DNA of 63,896 bases, the filler included, from an uncultured Methanosarcinales archaeon (GTDB taxonomy: Archaea; Nanobdellota; Nanobdellia; Woesearchaeales; CAYXTQ01), in NCBI GenBank assembly GCA_964608065.1. It is 4 parts of 4 records of this genome, joined end to end, with 100 filler letters (N's around TTAATTAATTAA, not from the genome) between each part and the next. Parts side by side here need not be neighbours in the genome. Positions count along the whole stretch, not along the records: positions 1 to 18,080 come from CAZSMA010000022.1; positions 18,181 to 35,822 come from CAZSMA010000023.1; 2 more parts are not named here. One strand, written 5' to 3'. Shown in pieces: positions 10,215-19,274 of the stretch (positions within the stretch are counted from its first letter, which is position 1; every line of letters begins with the position of its first letter). The translations under genes and the position numbers were made by a program. The notes under the pieces were generated by a model. That model made no database searches, was not told the origin of the DNA, and saw only the letters and a program-made list of their open reading frames with translations.

Positions 10215-10385
10215 ATGCCTGATGAATTTGGTCAAAAACTGGATATGATGAGAACAATTTCAGATGAAAGATATACAGAAGAAAAACCAAAGAAAGGCCC
10301 AGGATATTATATTAAACTTTTTTTAATAATTATTTTTAGTATAGCAGCGATTGTTGTTTGGTTGTTCTTTTTTAAGTTGATTTAA
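10215..10385 (+). CDS. small tail-anchored protein (56 aa, not in ORF track)
   Basis: MPDEFGQKLD..C-terminal TM helix; TTTAAATA upstream. Confidence 0.55.
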   Translation: MPDEFGQKLDMMRTISDERYTEEKPKKGPGYYIKLFLIIIFSIAAIVVWLFFFKLI

Positions 10386-10386
10386 A

Positions 10387-11253
10387 TTATTCAAACTCTT
10401 TCAAAAATTTAATCAATTCTCTAGCTTTTTCAAAATCCAAGAATTCTTTTTTAGTCATAGAAGGTATGTTCTTAGGTTTTTTCTTTTTGAAAATAACTAA
10501 GTCATGAGCATCTATTAGTTTAGATAAAGACTGAAGATTAGGACTAGTTTTATCACCAACATCTGTCAATATTATCTCTTTTTCTTTTTTAGCTATGATA
10601 TTAAATGGGGCTTTCTTTACCTCAGATGCTTCAAATCCCAGATCTGAATATTTTTTTGTGATAGGTGTTTTGATGTTTGTTTCTGCAGTAAATTGTGGAT
10701 CAAACAGATTTATTTTGTTAAAAACCTCCCCTCCAAAGATGTCGTATAGTTTGAATGCTTTCTTTAAAGTTATTTCTTGTATTCCTGATTCATATCTTGA
10801 AACCATTCTTGAAGAAACTCCTAATTTGTTTGATAAAGAGTTCAGGCTTAATCCTAGTTCTTCTCTTTTTTTTCTTAATTTGTCTCCTTTGATATAAGCA
10901 ATAAGGCCTGCTTTGCTTCTAGAGATAAAAGGAAATTTGTTTTCTACAGAGTTTTTAAAAGTTTCAATGTTTAAAGTGTAAATTCCAAACCTTGAATAAA
11001 CAACATTATTTTCTAATTTAAAAGCTGCTTTTTCTGCAATGATTATTGGAGAAGCATTTATGTAAGAAGACACTTTTTTCATCTCATCTGAACATTCTTT
11101 AGAGATTGCGTTAGCATCCTCTAATATTTTTAATAATAATATTAAAGAATCTTTTCTAGCCAGAATATCAAAACATGTTCTTGTTAAAGATTTTATTGTA
11201 AAACCTTTTTTTAATAAAAAGAATGCTGTTTTTTCTAGTAAAGACTGTTTCAT
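10387..11253 (-). CDS. archaeal HTH (cro/C1) transcriptional regulator
   Basis: central HTH 'LRKKREELGLSLNSLSNKLGVSSRMVSRYE' between duplicated FDILAR/FNIIAK domains. Confidence 0.85.
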   Translation of the reverse strand: MKQSLLEKTAFFLLKKGFTIKSLTRTCFDILARKDSLILLLKILEDANAISKECSDEMKKVSSYINASPIIIAEKAAFKLENNVVYSRFGIYTLNIETFKNSVENKFPFISRSKAGLIAYIKGDKLRKKREELGLSLNSLSNKLGVSSRMVSRYESGIQEITLKKAFKLYDIFGGEVFNKINLFDPQFTAETNIKTPITKKYSDLGFEASEVKKAPFNIIAKKEKEIILTDVGDKTSPNLQSLSKLIDAHDLVIFKKKKPKNIPSMTKKEFLDFEKARELIKFLKEFE

Positions 11254-11334
11254 ATAATTAAGAAAGTTATTTTTGTTTAATAATGTTATTATTTTAATAA
11301 CCTTTTTATATAACTTGTTCATTCTCAGACGAAT

Positions 11335-11871
11335 ATGATTGTAACTATTAGTGGTACTGCCGGGAGTGGTAAGAGTGCTGTTGGAAGAGAGTTAGCTAGA
11401 AGATTAAAGCTAAAGCATTATTCTATTGGAGGATTTATGAGAGAGATGGCAGAAGAAAAAGAAATTTCTTTACTAGAACTAAGCAAACAAGCAGAAACAG
11501 ACAGAGGGATAGATGAAGAACTAGACAGAAGGCAGATTGACTTAGGAAAAAAAGAAGAGAATTTTGTAATAGATTCAAGATTAGGATTTCATTTTATACC
11601 CAATTCTATTAAAATATTTTTAGATGCTGACATTAACATAAGAGCTAAAAGAATAGTCCAGGATACAATAAGGAACGAACATAATGTTAATCATGGGCAA
11701 GCTGCAAAGAATATAAAGACGAGGGAAGCTTCAGAAAAAAAAAGATATAAAGAGTATTATCATTTAAATTATTTAGATAAAAAGCCATATGATCTGGTTA
11801 TTGATACAACTGAATTAACAATTGAGCAGGTTGTTGAAAAGATTGTTGAGTTTGTTAAGGGTAAAGAATAA
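11335..11871 (+). CDS. cmk: cytidylate kinase (archaeal type)
   Basis: ISGTAGSGKS P-loop, DSRLG, YDLVIDT. Confidence 0.9.
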   Translation: MIVTISGTAGSGKSAVGRELARRLKLKHYSIGGFMREMAEEKEISLLELSKQAETDRGIDEELDRRQIDLGKKEENFVIDSRLGFHFIPNSIKIFLDADINIRAKRIVQDTIRNEHNVNHGQAAKNIKTREASEKKRYKEYYHLNYLDKKPYDLVIDTTELTIEQVVEKIVEFVKGKE

Positions 11872-11906
11872 GATTTATATATAAACTAAAACTAAATTCT
11901 TAGTAT

Positions 11907-12431
11907 ATGAATTTAAGAAAATTTTTAAAAAAAGAGAGGTTGTTGTGGCATAAGCATTTTATTCCTTCTTTTTTAGCTGCTATAGTTGTTGCAGTTATTG
12001 CTTTTATTTATGAAACTACTTTTTCAAATATAATATTATTAGCTAGTGTTGGAGCCTCTGCTGTTATTCTAACTAATTCCCAGTCACATCATTTAACTAA
12101 GCTGCACACTACAATAGTTGCGTATATTGTAGCAATTGTTATTTCTGCTATAGTGTATTTTGTTAATTCGCTTGTTAAATTAGATATGGCGTTAAATGTA
12201 TTTTTATTGATTTTTTTAGTTGGTATCTTTCTTTTTTTATTCAATGCTTTTCATCCACCAGCTATAACTGCTTCTATTTCATTTATTGTGTTAGAAATGC
12301 CTTTGGTAGAGATGTTTTATCTGTTTGGAGCAGTGATTATTTTGTTGATAGTTGTAAGGTTTTTAACTTATATAGTATCACAGCATTTGCCAGTCAAAGA
12401 TTTTATGAATGAGTTTAAGAGAAGTTTTTAA
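11907..12431 (+). CDS. HPP family membrane protein
   Basis: ASVGASAV and HPPA motifs, several TM helices. Confidence 0.85.
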   Translation: MNLRKFLKKERLLWHKHFIPSFLAAIVVAVIAFIYETTFSNIILLASVGASAVILTNSQSHHLTKLHTTIVAYIVAIVISAIVYFVNSLVKLDMALNVFLLIFLVGIFLFLFNAFHPPAITASISFIVLEMPLVEMFYLFGAVIILLIVVRFLTYIVSQHLPVKDFMNEFKRSF

Positions 12432-12483
12432 AAACAAAAATTATATAAACAAACAGAATAAAGTTTATTACAGGTGATGGATT

Positions 12484-13197
12484 ATGGAAATTATTCTAAA
12501 AAAAAAACCTAAAAATCCTATTATTATCGAGGGATTTCCTGGCTTTGGGTTAGTTGGGACAATTGCAACAGAATTCTTAATTGAGCATCTGGAGACAGAG
12601 CAGATAGGCAAGATAAGGTTTGAAGATTCTTTGCCTGTTGCTGCAATACATGAAGGAAAGGTTGTTGAGCCATTAGGTATTTTTTATAATAAAAAATATA
12701 ATATAATTATATTGCATGCTGTAAATCCTGCTAATGGAATTGAGTGGAGAGTAACAGAAGCTATAAAGGATATTGCAACACAGTTGAGTGCTAAAGAGAT
12801 TGTAAGTCTAGAGGGTGTTGGAAGTGCTGAAACAGCTTCTTCCCAGTCAAGAATTTTTTATTTTACAGAGGATAAATCTAAAAAACAAAAGTTTGAGAAA
12901 ATAGGTATGAAGCTTTTGAAAGAAGGTATTATAATGGGTGTTACAGGGGCTGTATTGCTGAAGATAGAGAAAACACCTGTAAGCTGTATTTTCGTCGAGA
13001 CGCATACTAATCTTCCAGACAGCAAGGCTGCTGCTAATATCATAGAAGCTTTAGATAAGTATTTAGGATTAAATGTTGATACTAAGCCTTTATTGAAGCA
13101 GGCAGAGAAGTTTGAGGAGAAGTTAAAGGGTTTGATGATGAAAAGCAGAGAAGCTGAAGAGATGAATGATAAGAAGAAGTTAAGTTATGTTGGTTGA
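12484..13197 (+). CDS. PAC2 family proteasome assembly chaperone
   Basis: EGFPGFGLVGTI, PDSKAAA, C-terminal YVG. Confidence 0.9.
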   Translation: MEIILKKKPKNPIIIEGFPGFGLVGTIATEFLIEHLETEQIGKIRFEDSLPVAAIHEGKVVEPLGIFYNKKYNIIILHAVNPANGIEWRVTEAIKDIATQLSAKEIVSLEGVGSAETASSQSRIFYFTEDKSKKQKFEKIGMKLLKEGIIMGVTGAVLLKIEKTPVSCIFVETHTNLPDSKAAANIIEALDKYLGLNVDTKPLLKQAEKFEEKLKGLMMKSREAEEMNDKKKLSYVG

Positions 13198-13240
13198 TTT
13201 CTTTATTGAATAGTAGTGACAGATAGAAAGGTTTAAATAG

Positions 13241-13603
13241 ATGTTGTTGTTTTTAGAGAGGGAAATGACATTATGTGGAATTGTAGATAAAAGAAGAGAG
13301 AAAAAAATATTAAGTGGATTAAATGATTTATGTTCGAGATATTCTAAGTATACTGAAAGTAATAGTGAAGATATAGAAGGTAACATAAGTGTTTTAAGAG
13401 CCATGATAGGGGAATATTTAAAAAAAAGAAAATACAATCAAGAAGAGGTTAATAGGGTTATAGGGAAATGTGAAAGTTTAAAATCAGATATTAAAAATGC
13501 AATTGAGCTTTATAATAGGTGGGACCATTGTAGACAATGTGAAAGAGTTATAGATGTTGTTATAGGATTAGTTAAAAAAATAAATCCTAAATATCTAAAA
13601 TAA
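13241..13603 (+). CDS. hypothetical protein
   Basis: 120 aa ORF, no recognisable motif. Confidence 0.5.
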   Translation: MLLFLEREMTLCGIVDKRREKKILSGLNDLCSRYSKYTESNSEDIEGNISVLRAMIGEYLKKRKYNQEEVNRVIGKCESLKSDIKNAIELYNRWDHCRQCERVIDVVIGLVKKINPKYLK

Positions 13604-14328
13604 ATTAACACCTTTATTTTTATCCCAAACTTTTCTTTTTTTATAGTCTTACTTTCTTATTAGTAATGATTTGCATTTCATTGGAATTATAAAGAGATGC
13701 CTGTTTTGCCCTTTTTCTGGCTTTAAAATAATGGATTCTTTGCCAACTCTCACTTTTTGATTGGTTTCAGGATCTATTGCTTCTTAGAGTATTTTGGCTG
13801 GAAATAGGACAATAGTGGCTATAATATAAAGTTTCTAAAAGGCTAATTCTTTATAATTCAATGAATATAGCCATTATAAAGCTTGAATTCAATGACATTG
13901 TATGGTGCCTAATTGAATGAAATTAGTATATTGGTCTGGAAAATTGTTTTTTTATTGAAAATATTGATTTTTTATTGTAACACTCACTTTTTTACTAAAA
14001 ATCCAATAAAGTTTTGATTAATTAATTTTTAATTATTTTCAATATAGAAAAATAATAATAGAAAATATATTTTGTTAGGTATGTTTTGGATTATATGTTA
14101 TTTGATTAATATGATGTGATTAATATAATATATTATAGATAATATTAAAATGGTTATTGGATATATATGACAAAAACTATAAATTTCGATTAAAATATTT
14201 TGTTTTTGATAAAAACTTTTATTTTCTCTCGACGAAGAAATAATTTTAGTTTTAAAGTTAGATTTTATCAAAAAATTTATATATTTTGGAGTTTAATATT
14301 AAAATTAATAATTAAATGAGGTGATCAA

Positions 14329-14658
14329 ATGAATCTATTAGGAAAAATTCTGGCTTTATTGGCAGTGATTATAGCTGTAGTATCTAGCTTTGTGATAGTT
14401 CCATACAGTGGTCTGATTTTAGTAGTTTTAGGCTTAGTATTGGGATTTGCAATAGCTAAATTAAAGGATTTACAGACATGTGTATTAGCTGCATTAGGAT
14501 TAGCATTAGGAAGTACAGTTTTAACGTATTTTGGAGATATTTGGGCTTTTCTAGGAGACTTTCTAACAGCATTATTCAGTAATTTGGTGATTTTAGTAAG
14601 TGCTGGAGCATTGGCCCTTGCATTAAGATATTTAGTAGGCTATATACTTAAGAAATAA
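14329..14658 (+). CDS. small multi-pass membrane protein
   Basis: GAGGTGA SD; very hydrophobic. Confidence 0.75.
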   Translation: MNLLGKILALLAVIIAVVSSFVIVPYSGLILVVLGLVLGFAIAKLKDLQTCVLAALGLALGSTVLTYFGDIWAFLGDFLTALFSNLVILVSAGALALALRYLVGYILKK

Positions 14659-14676
14659 TTTTTTTCTTTTTTTTTT

Positions 14677-15081
14677 TTATTTAGAAAAGTGTTTTTTCAA
14701 AGCATCGTTTATTTTTTTTTCTAAAACTTCTCTACTTTGACTTTTAATAAAAAAATCATCATTTCCAGTATTAGTCCAATTTGGTTTTTCTTCTTTTTTA
14801 GCAGACATTCCAATTATAGCAATATTTTTTCCATAATCTTTAGTTCTCATTTCTTTACAAACTTCATAGCCCTCAGGACCTCCTGGCATGTTAGTATCCA
14901 TTAGAACCAGGTGTGGTTTGTATTCTGGTGCAATTTTCAATGCTTCATTACCGTCGACAGCTTGTTCAATTCTAATGTAATCAAAATTAATGTAATCAAT
15001 ATCATTAAGCCATTCTGTAAATAGTTCTCTATCATATTTTTCGTTATCAACCAATAAAACTTTGATATCTTTTTTATCCAT
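14677..15081 (-). CDS. stand-alone response regulator receiver (CheY-like)
   Basis: VLLVDNE, LVLMDTNMPG (phospho-Asp), IIGMSA, FFIK. Confidence 0.85.
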   Translation of the reverse strand: MDKKDIKVLLVDNEKYDRELFTEWLNDIDYINFDYIRIEQAVDGNEALKIAPEYKPHLVLMDTNMPGGPEGYEVCKEMRTKDYGKNIAIIGMSAKKEEKPNWTNTGNDDFFIKSQSREVLEKKINDALKKHFSK

Positions 15082-15232
15082 TTTAATCAATATGTTAGAC
15101 GAGAATGTTGCTAAATATATAAACATTTCCTTTGTTCTTACTTTTTAGTGATAAATAATAGAAAGATTTATATATAAGTTGTTATCACTATATAGTAAAT
15201 ATATATAAAATCTATATAATGAGGTGAAACCA

Positions 15233-15367
15233 ATGGAAGAATTTGTAATAACAAAAAAAGTTGCAAGGCAAGGAAATCAAAGTATGATTTTGCTGCCAGA
15301 GTTTCTAAAAGACAGATTGCCGTCGAAGAGTTTGGTAAAAGTAACAATAGAATTGCTTGACGAATAG
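15233..15367 (+). CDS. small AbrB-like protein, copy 1 (44 aa, not in ORF track)
   Basis: MEEFVITKKVARQGNQSMILLPEFLKDRLPSKSLVKVTIELLDE; GAGGTGA SD. Confidence 0.8.
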   Translation: MEEFVITKKVARQGNQSMILLPEFLKDRLPSKSLVKVTIELLDE

Positions 15368-15375
15368 GTGATTAA

Positions 15376-15939
15376 GTGAGTATTGATGACAAATTTGATA
15401 AAAAAGAAGATAGAAAAAAATTAGGCAGGTCTTTATTAGCTGGAGAGCTGGCTTCTGTAGTTGGATCTGGAATTGGAGCTAAGATAGGTGAAAGAGCTTC
15501 TGGTAAATTAGGAGGGGTTATTGGTGGAGGTATTATTGGAGATTATGCTGTTGCTTGGCCTGTCGGTGCTTTATCATATTTATATCAAAATAGAGATTAT
15601 TATAAAGGTTTTAAAGGTAAGATGGAATGGTTAAGGGATGAATTAGAGTTTTCTGTTAGAGAATTACCTGCTGTTGCTGCTTCATATGTTGCTTATGCTC
15701 CTATAATGGGTTTATTGTATAAAGGTCTTGGATTAAGTGCTGCTGTAGCAGGAGGAGCAGCTTCTGTTTTAACATCTGCTTTATACGTAGGAGGAGCTAT
15801 GTTACTAGGACAAGGTGCTTTCAAGAAGAGGAAGTATAAGAAAGCTAAACAAGAGAAAGCTGTGAAAGAGGAGCCTAAAGCTGATCAACAATATGCTCCT
15901 GGAATGTCTCAGAGAGAGGGTTATACTGCTAAAGGATAA
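15376..15939 (+). CDS. Gly/Ala-rich membrane protein, copy 1
   Basis: GxxxG-rich helices; paralog of 16087-16656. Confidence 0.8.
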   Translation: MSIDDKFDKKEDRKKLGRSLLAGELASVVGSGIGAKIGERASGKLGGVIGGGIIGDYAVAWPVGALSYLYQNRDYYKGFKGKMEWLRDELEFSVRELPAVAASYVAYAPIMGLLYKGLGLSAAVAGGAASVLTSALYVGGAMLLGQGAFKKRKYKKAKQEKAVKEEPKADQQYAPGMSQREGYTAKG

Positions 15940-15940
15940 A

Positions 15941-16090
15941 ATGAAAGAATTTGTTATCACAAAGAAGATCGCGAAACAAGGAAATCAGAATATGATACTT
16001 TTACCTAGTTTTCTGAAGGATAGAATACCATCGAGAAGTCTAGTTAAAGTTACAATCCAGGTTATTGAAAAATCACAGGTGGTGAAATGA
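15941..16090 (+). CDS. small AbrB-like protein, copy 2
   Basis: MKEFVITKKIAKQGNQNMILLPSFLKDRIPSRSLVKVTIQV, paralog of 15233-15367. Confidence 0.8.
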   Translation: MKEFVITKKIAKQGNQNMILLPSFLKDRIPSRSLVKVTIQVIEKSQVVK

Positions 16091-16656
16091 CTAAAGAAAA
16101 TTTAGAGAAAAGAGTTGAAGGATTGTATGATAAGAAAAAGTTAGGTAAATCCCTACTGGCTAGAAAAGCAGCTGGTGTAGTTGGATCTGGAATTGGAGCT
16201 AAGATAGGTGAAAATATGGCTGGTGGTGGATTATTGGGAGTATTAGGAGGAGCAACTGTTGTCAGTTATGTTACATCATGGTTAGTTGGAGCTCCATATT
16301 GGTTGTATTTGAATAAGGATTATTATAAAGGGGCTAAAGGTAAAAGAGAATGGATAGCTGATGAGTTCAAATGGGCTATTAGAAGAACTCCTATTGCTGC
16401 ACTTCAGAATTTAGTTTATTATCCTTCATTGGCTTTGTTTTATAAAGTTTTAGGATTAGGCGCAGTAGTTTCTGGTATGTCTGCTTCGTTGCTGGCTACA
16501 GCTGTATATGTTTTAGGAGCTATTAAAAGCGGTAAAGGTCTTTTTTCAAGGAAAAAAAGGATAGAAAATGTGCCTGAGAAAGTTGATAATAAGTATCCTC
16601 AGAAAGAGAGCAAGGAAGTGGGAATGGATCAAAAAGAAGGGTATGATAAGGGCTGA
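16087..16656 (+). CDS. Gly/Ala-rich membrane protein, copy 2
   Basis: shares VVGSGIGAKIGE and DYYKG.KGK.EW with copy 1. Confidence 0.8.
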   Translation: MTKENLEKRVEGLYDKKKLGKSLLARKAAGVVGSGIGAKIGENMAGGGLLGVLGGATVVSYVTSWLVGAPYWLYLNKDYYKGAKGKREWIADEFKWAIRRTPIAALQNLVYYPSLALFYKVLGLGAVVSGMSASLLATAVYVLGAIKSGKGLFSRKKRIENVPEKVDNKYPQKESKEVGMDQKEGYDKG

Positions 16657-16661
16657 TTAGA

Positions 16662-16850
16662 ATGGGTGATTATTTTAATAAAAAAGATCAACACAAGAAT
16701 CTTAGAGAGTTTGATCGTCTTTTAGAAGATAGGGTGGTTAGATTTACTCATGATAATGATATATCTACTTTTTTAAAAGATAGTAAAGAATTGCTTAATC
16801 AATTCTGTCCTCCTACTTACAATATGTTTTTATTGTTATCTGCAACTTAG
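16662..16850 (+). pseudogene. ORF probably truncated by IS insertion
   Basis: stop codon TAG uses the first base of the IS left TIR. Confidence 0.5.
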
Positions 16851-16864
16851 GCGTTGCGTGGAAA

Positions 16865-17806
16865 CTAGCTGGCTTTAGCCAGCTTATTAAAGTAAGAAAG
16901 CTTTCTTCTGTTATGCAAAATTATCCTAGCAGTTGTTTGACTTAGCTGGCAAAGAGGTCTTCTCTTCATAAGCAGCTTATTTCTTGCTTTAAAACTAGAA
17001 TGAAAGCTCTCGCTATGGCTTCTTTGATGATATTCTGTTAGCCATTGCATCACATCATAATACAATTCAAGATACATTGTTTGCCAAGCTAATCTTCCGT
17101 TAAGATTATTGTTTTTCTTTGGAAAAACATAAGGTTTCATTCCAAGCTTAGATATCTTTGTAACAAGACACCTATCATTAAAACCAGCATCTAATCTTAA
17201 GCTATTTCCTTGAACTTCCATTATTAATCCGTGCATTGCTTGACATTCCTGTTTACCACTTATATCAAAAGCCTGCACAACTTCTCTTGAATCTACGATA
17301 CTAGTCATATAAGTTCCATATTTTTTGTTTTCTTCATAGTTTTGTTTTCTGCTTGTCTCTAACCCAGTTCCGTCTCCCGAGAGTATGCCATCTGACTTTT
17401 TATGTTTGTCAAAAACTTGCTTTAAGATATAGATAACTTCTGGTTTATCATAAGCTTCACCTATTGTCCTATCATCTAATTGATCATAAATACCCAGAAA
17501 GGGGCCTATTATCTTTAACCAACCTTGAGCAAATCTTTCTGTTAAGCTTAATTCTTCGCACAAAAGAATTGCTTTAGCAAGGCTTTTAGGATCTGTAAGG
17601 GGTCTTCCTGTTTTGCCTTGTGTATTCATGTATTCTACATTGTCTACAGAGTCTTTTATGAATGTCAAAGTTTCGTATGCATCTTCAATTTGAGATAAGT
17701 TATATTCTGGCCATGAGATTGGTCTTTTCTCTTCTGGATTATAGAATCCTTTTTCTCTGAGCAATGGAACCATTGCTCTGAATTGTTTGTTTGGAAGTTT
17801 TGGCAT
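16865..17806 (-). CDS. DDE transposase
   Basis: GDGTG, LDAGF and Y-x2-R-x3-E-x6-K (YHQRSHSESFHSSFK) signature. Confidence 0.92.
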   Translation of the reverse strand: MPKLPNKQFRAMVPLLREKGFYNPEEKRPISWPEYNLSQIEDAYETLTFIKDSVDNVEYMNTQGKTGRPLTDPKSLAKAILLCEELSLTERFAQGWLKIIGPFLGIYDQLDDRTIGEAYDKPEVIYILKQVFDKHKKSDGILSGDGTGLETSRKQNYEENKKYGTYMTSIVDSREVVQAFDISGKQECQAMHGLIMEVQGNSLRLDAGFNDRCLVTKISKLGMKPYVFPKKNNNLNGRLAWQTMYLELYYDVMQWLTEYHQRSHSESFHSSFKARNKLLMKRRPLCQLSQTTARIILHNRRKLSYFNKLAKAS

Positions 17807-17892
17807 AAATTTATATGTGCCTAACTACTATTTACTTTTTTCTATACTCTAGAATATAAATATTTATATATTAGATATGCCTAACTATATAT

Positions 17893-18057
17893 ATGATGGC
17901 GTATGTAAGAAAAAAGAAAATTAAAGGCAAAACATATTATTATATTGTTGAAGGAAGATATGATGATCAGGGGAAGGTTAAGCAAAAGGTTCTCCTATAC
18001 TTAGGTAGCGTTGAGAATATTATGAAGAAATTCAAATTCTGGGATGAACATCATTAA
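17893..18057 (+). CDS. small basic passenger protein inside the IS (54 aa, not in ORF track)
   Basis: MMAYVRKKKIKGKTYYYIVEGRYDDQGKVKQKVLLYLGS; resembles the N-terminal domain of IS1634-type transposases. Confidence 0.7.
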   Translation: MMAYVRKKKIKGKTYYYIVEGRYDDQGKVKQKVLLYLGSVENIMKKFKFWDEHH

Positions 18058-18080
18058 TTATTGAGTTTCCACGCAACGCC

Positions 18081-18180
18081 NNNNNNNNNNNNNNNNNNNN
18101 NNNNNNNNNNNNNNNNNNNNNNNNTTAATTAATTAANNNNNNNNNNNNNNNNNNNNNNNNNNNNNNNNNNNNNNNNNNNN
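18081..18180. other. artificial contig linker
   Basis: N-run with TTAATTAATTAA six-frame stop spacer. Confidence 0.98.
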
Positions 18181-18971
18181 CTTTTAACCTCTAATTTCAA
18201 CTCTTTCAGTAAATCTAGTATTCTCTGTTTCTCTTTTCCTAACCCTTTCCAGTCTAAAACCACAAAATCAACATTTTCTTCAGTTTTTTCTAAGGCTTGT
18301 AAAATCATTTCTTTGTCTAAGTTTTGAAGATTATATTTAGGGCATACATGGCCAAAAGCAATATCTTGTTTTTCCATTGTTTTTGTTAAGATTGGAGTAT
18401 GATGCAATCCTCCAATACCGAAAGTAACTGCATAGTTTTTTGGTTTGTTTTCTAAAACTTCAATAATTGTATTTGCAATTACTTTTGCAGCTTCTTTATT
18501 TTTCCAGCTTTCTTCATTGCTTCCAATCTCAATAAAAAAACACTGCTTATCTAAATATGGGCCATGGTGTGTAACTTCCTGTATAACTTCATAATCTAAA
18601 TTATTGTTTTTCTTCAATAAGAATAAAGCAGTTCTTAAATATTTGGCAGGAGCTGTACACAATTTTCTATCCTTACCACCAAACTCTGCTTTACCCCAGT
18701 TGCCTTGTGTATGAACACATAAACTATGAACTCCAGAAGCACTTTGGTGTTTTGTAGCGAAAATAAATAAATCAGAATTTATTTTTTTATCAATGTCTTC
18801 GTTAAAAATGCTTTCTTTCTCTACTGTGTATAGTTTAATATCATTTAATTGGTATACTGGATTGTTTTCAAAGTTTTCATCAGTCTTTTCAAACTTATAT
18901 AGTTCTAGTAATCTTTCCTTAATATTCATTCCAGCAGGATCTGTTTTGCTTACTATGATTGATGTTTTCAT
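18181..18971 (-). CDS. dtdA: D-aminoacyl-tRNA deacylase (archaeal DTD2), 3' end cut by gap
   Basis: DPAG, KHQS, EVTHHGP, FIEIGS, GIGGLH. Confidence 0.92.
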
Positions 18972-19070
18972 TAATAGATTAATTTACTGAAGAATATAAA
19001 AATGTTTGTAAAACGAAAGTTTTATATATAAAATAAGTATATTTATCAGTATAAACCTAAGTAAATTAAA

Positions 19071-19274
19071 ATGACAACAGAATTTAAGAGAAAACTCTAT
19101 AAAAGGGGATCTAGTTTTGAGACTACAGTACCAATGCCATTGTTGTTTGCTTTGGACAAAAAAAGAAAATATAATGTAGTTTTCATCTATGATTCTGATG
19201 CTAATAAATGGTATATCAAATTTGAAGAATTAAAAAAACAAACAATAACTGATAAAATAAAAGGAGTTGATTAA
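19071..19274 (+). CDS. small AbrB-like protein
   Basis: 'RKLYKRGSSFETTVP' pattern. Confidence 0.65.
   Translation: MTTEFKRKLYKRGSSFETTVPMPLLFALDKKRKYNVVFIYDSDANKWYIKFEELKKQTITDKIKGVD

Larger units (their letters stand above)
16850..18080 (-). mobile_element. insertion sequence, IS5/IS4-type DDE, 1231 bp
   Basis: perfect 17-bp TIRs GGCGTTGCGTGGAAACT (16850-16866) and AGTTTCCACGCAACGCC (18064-18080); contig ends exactly at the right TIR. Confidence 0.92.

Noticed and set aside
18125..18136. TTAATTAATTAA palindrome repeated in three N-gaps
   Set aside because: Artificial six-frame-stop contig spacer; ORFs running into it (18129.., 35871..) are artefacts.
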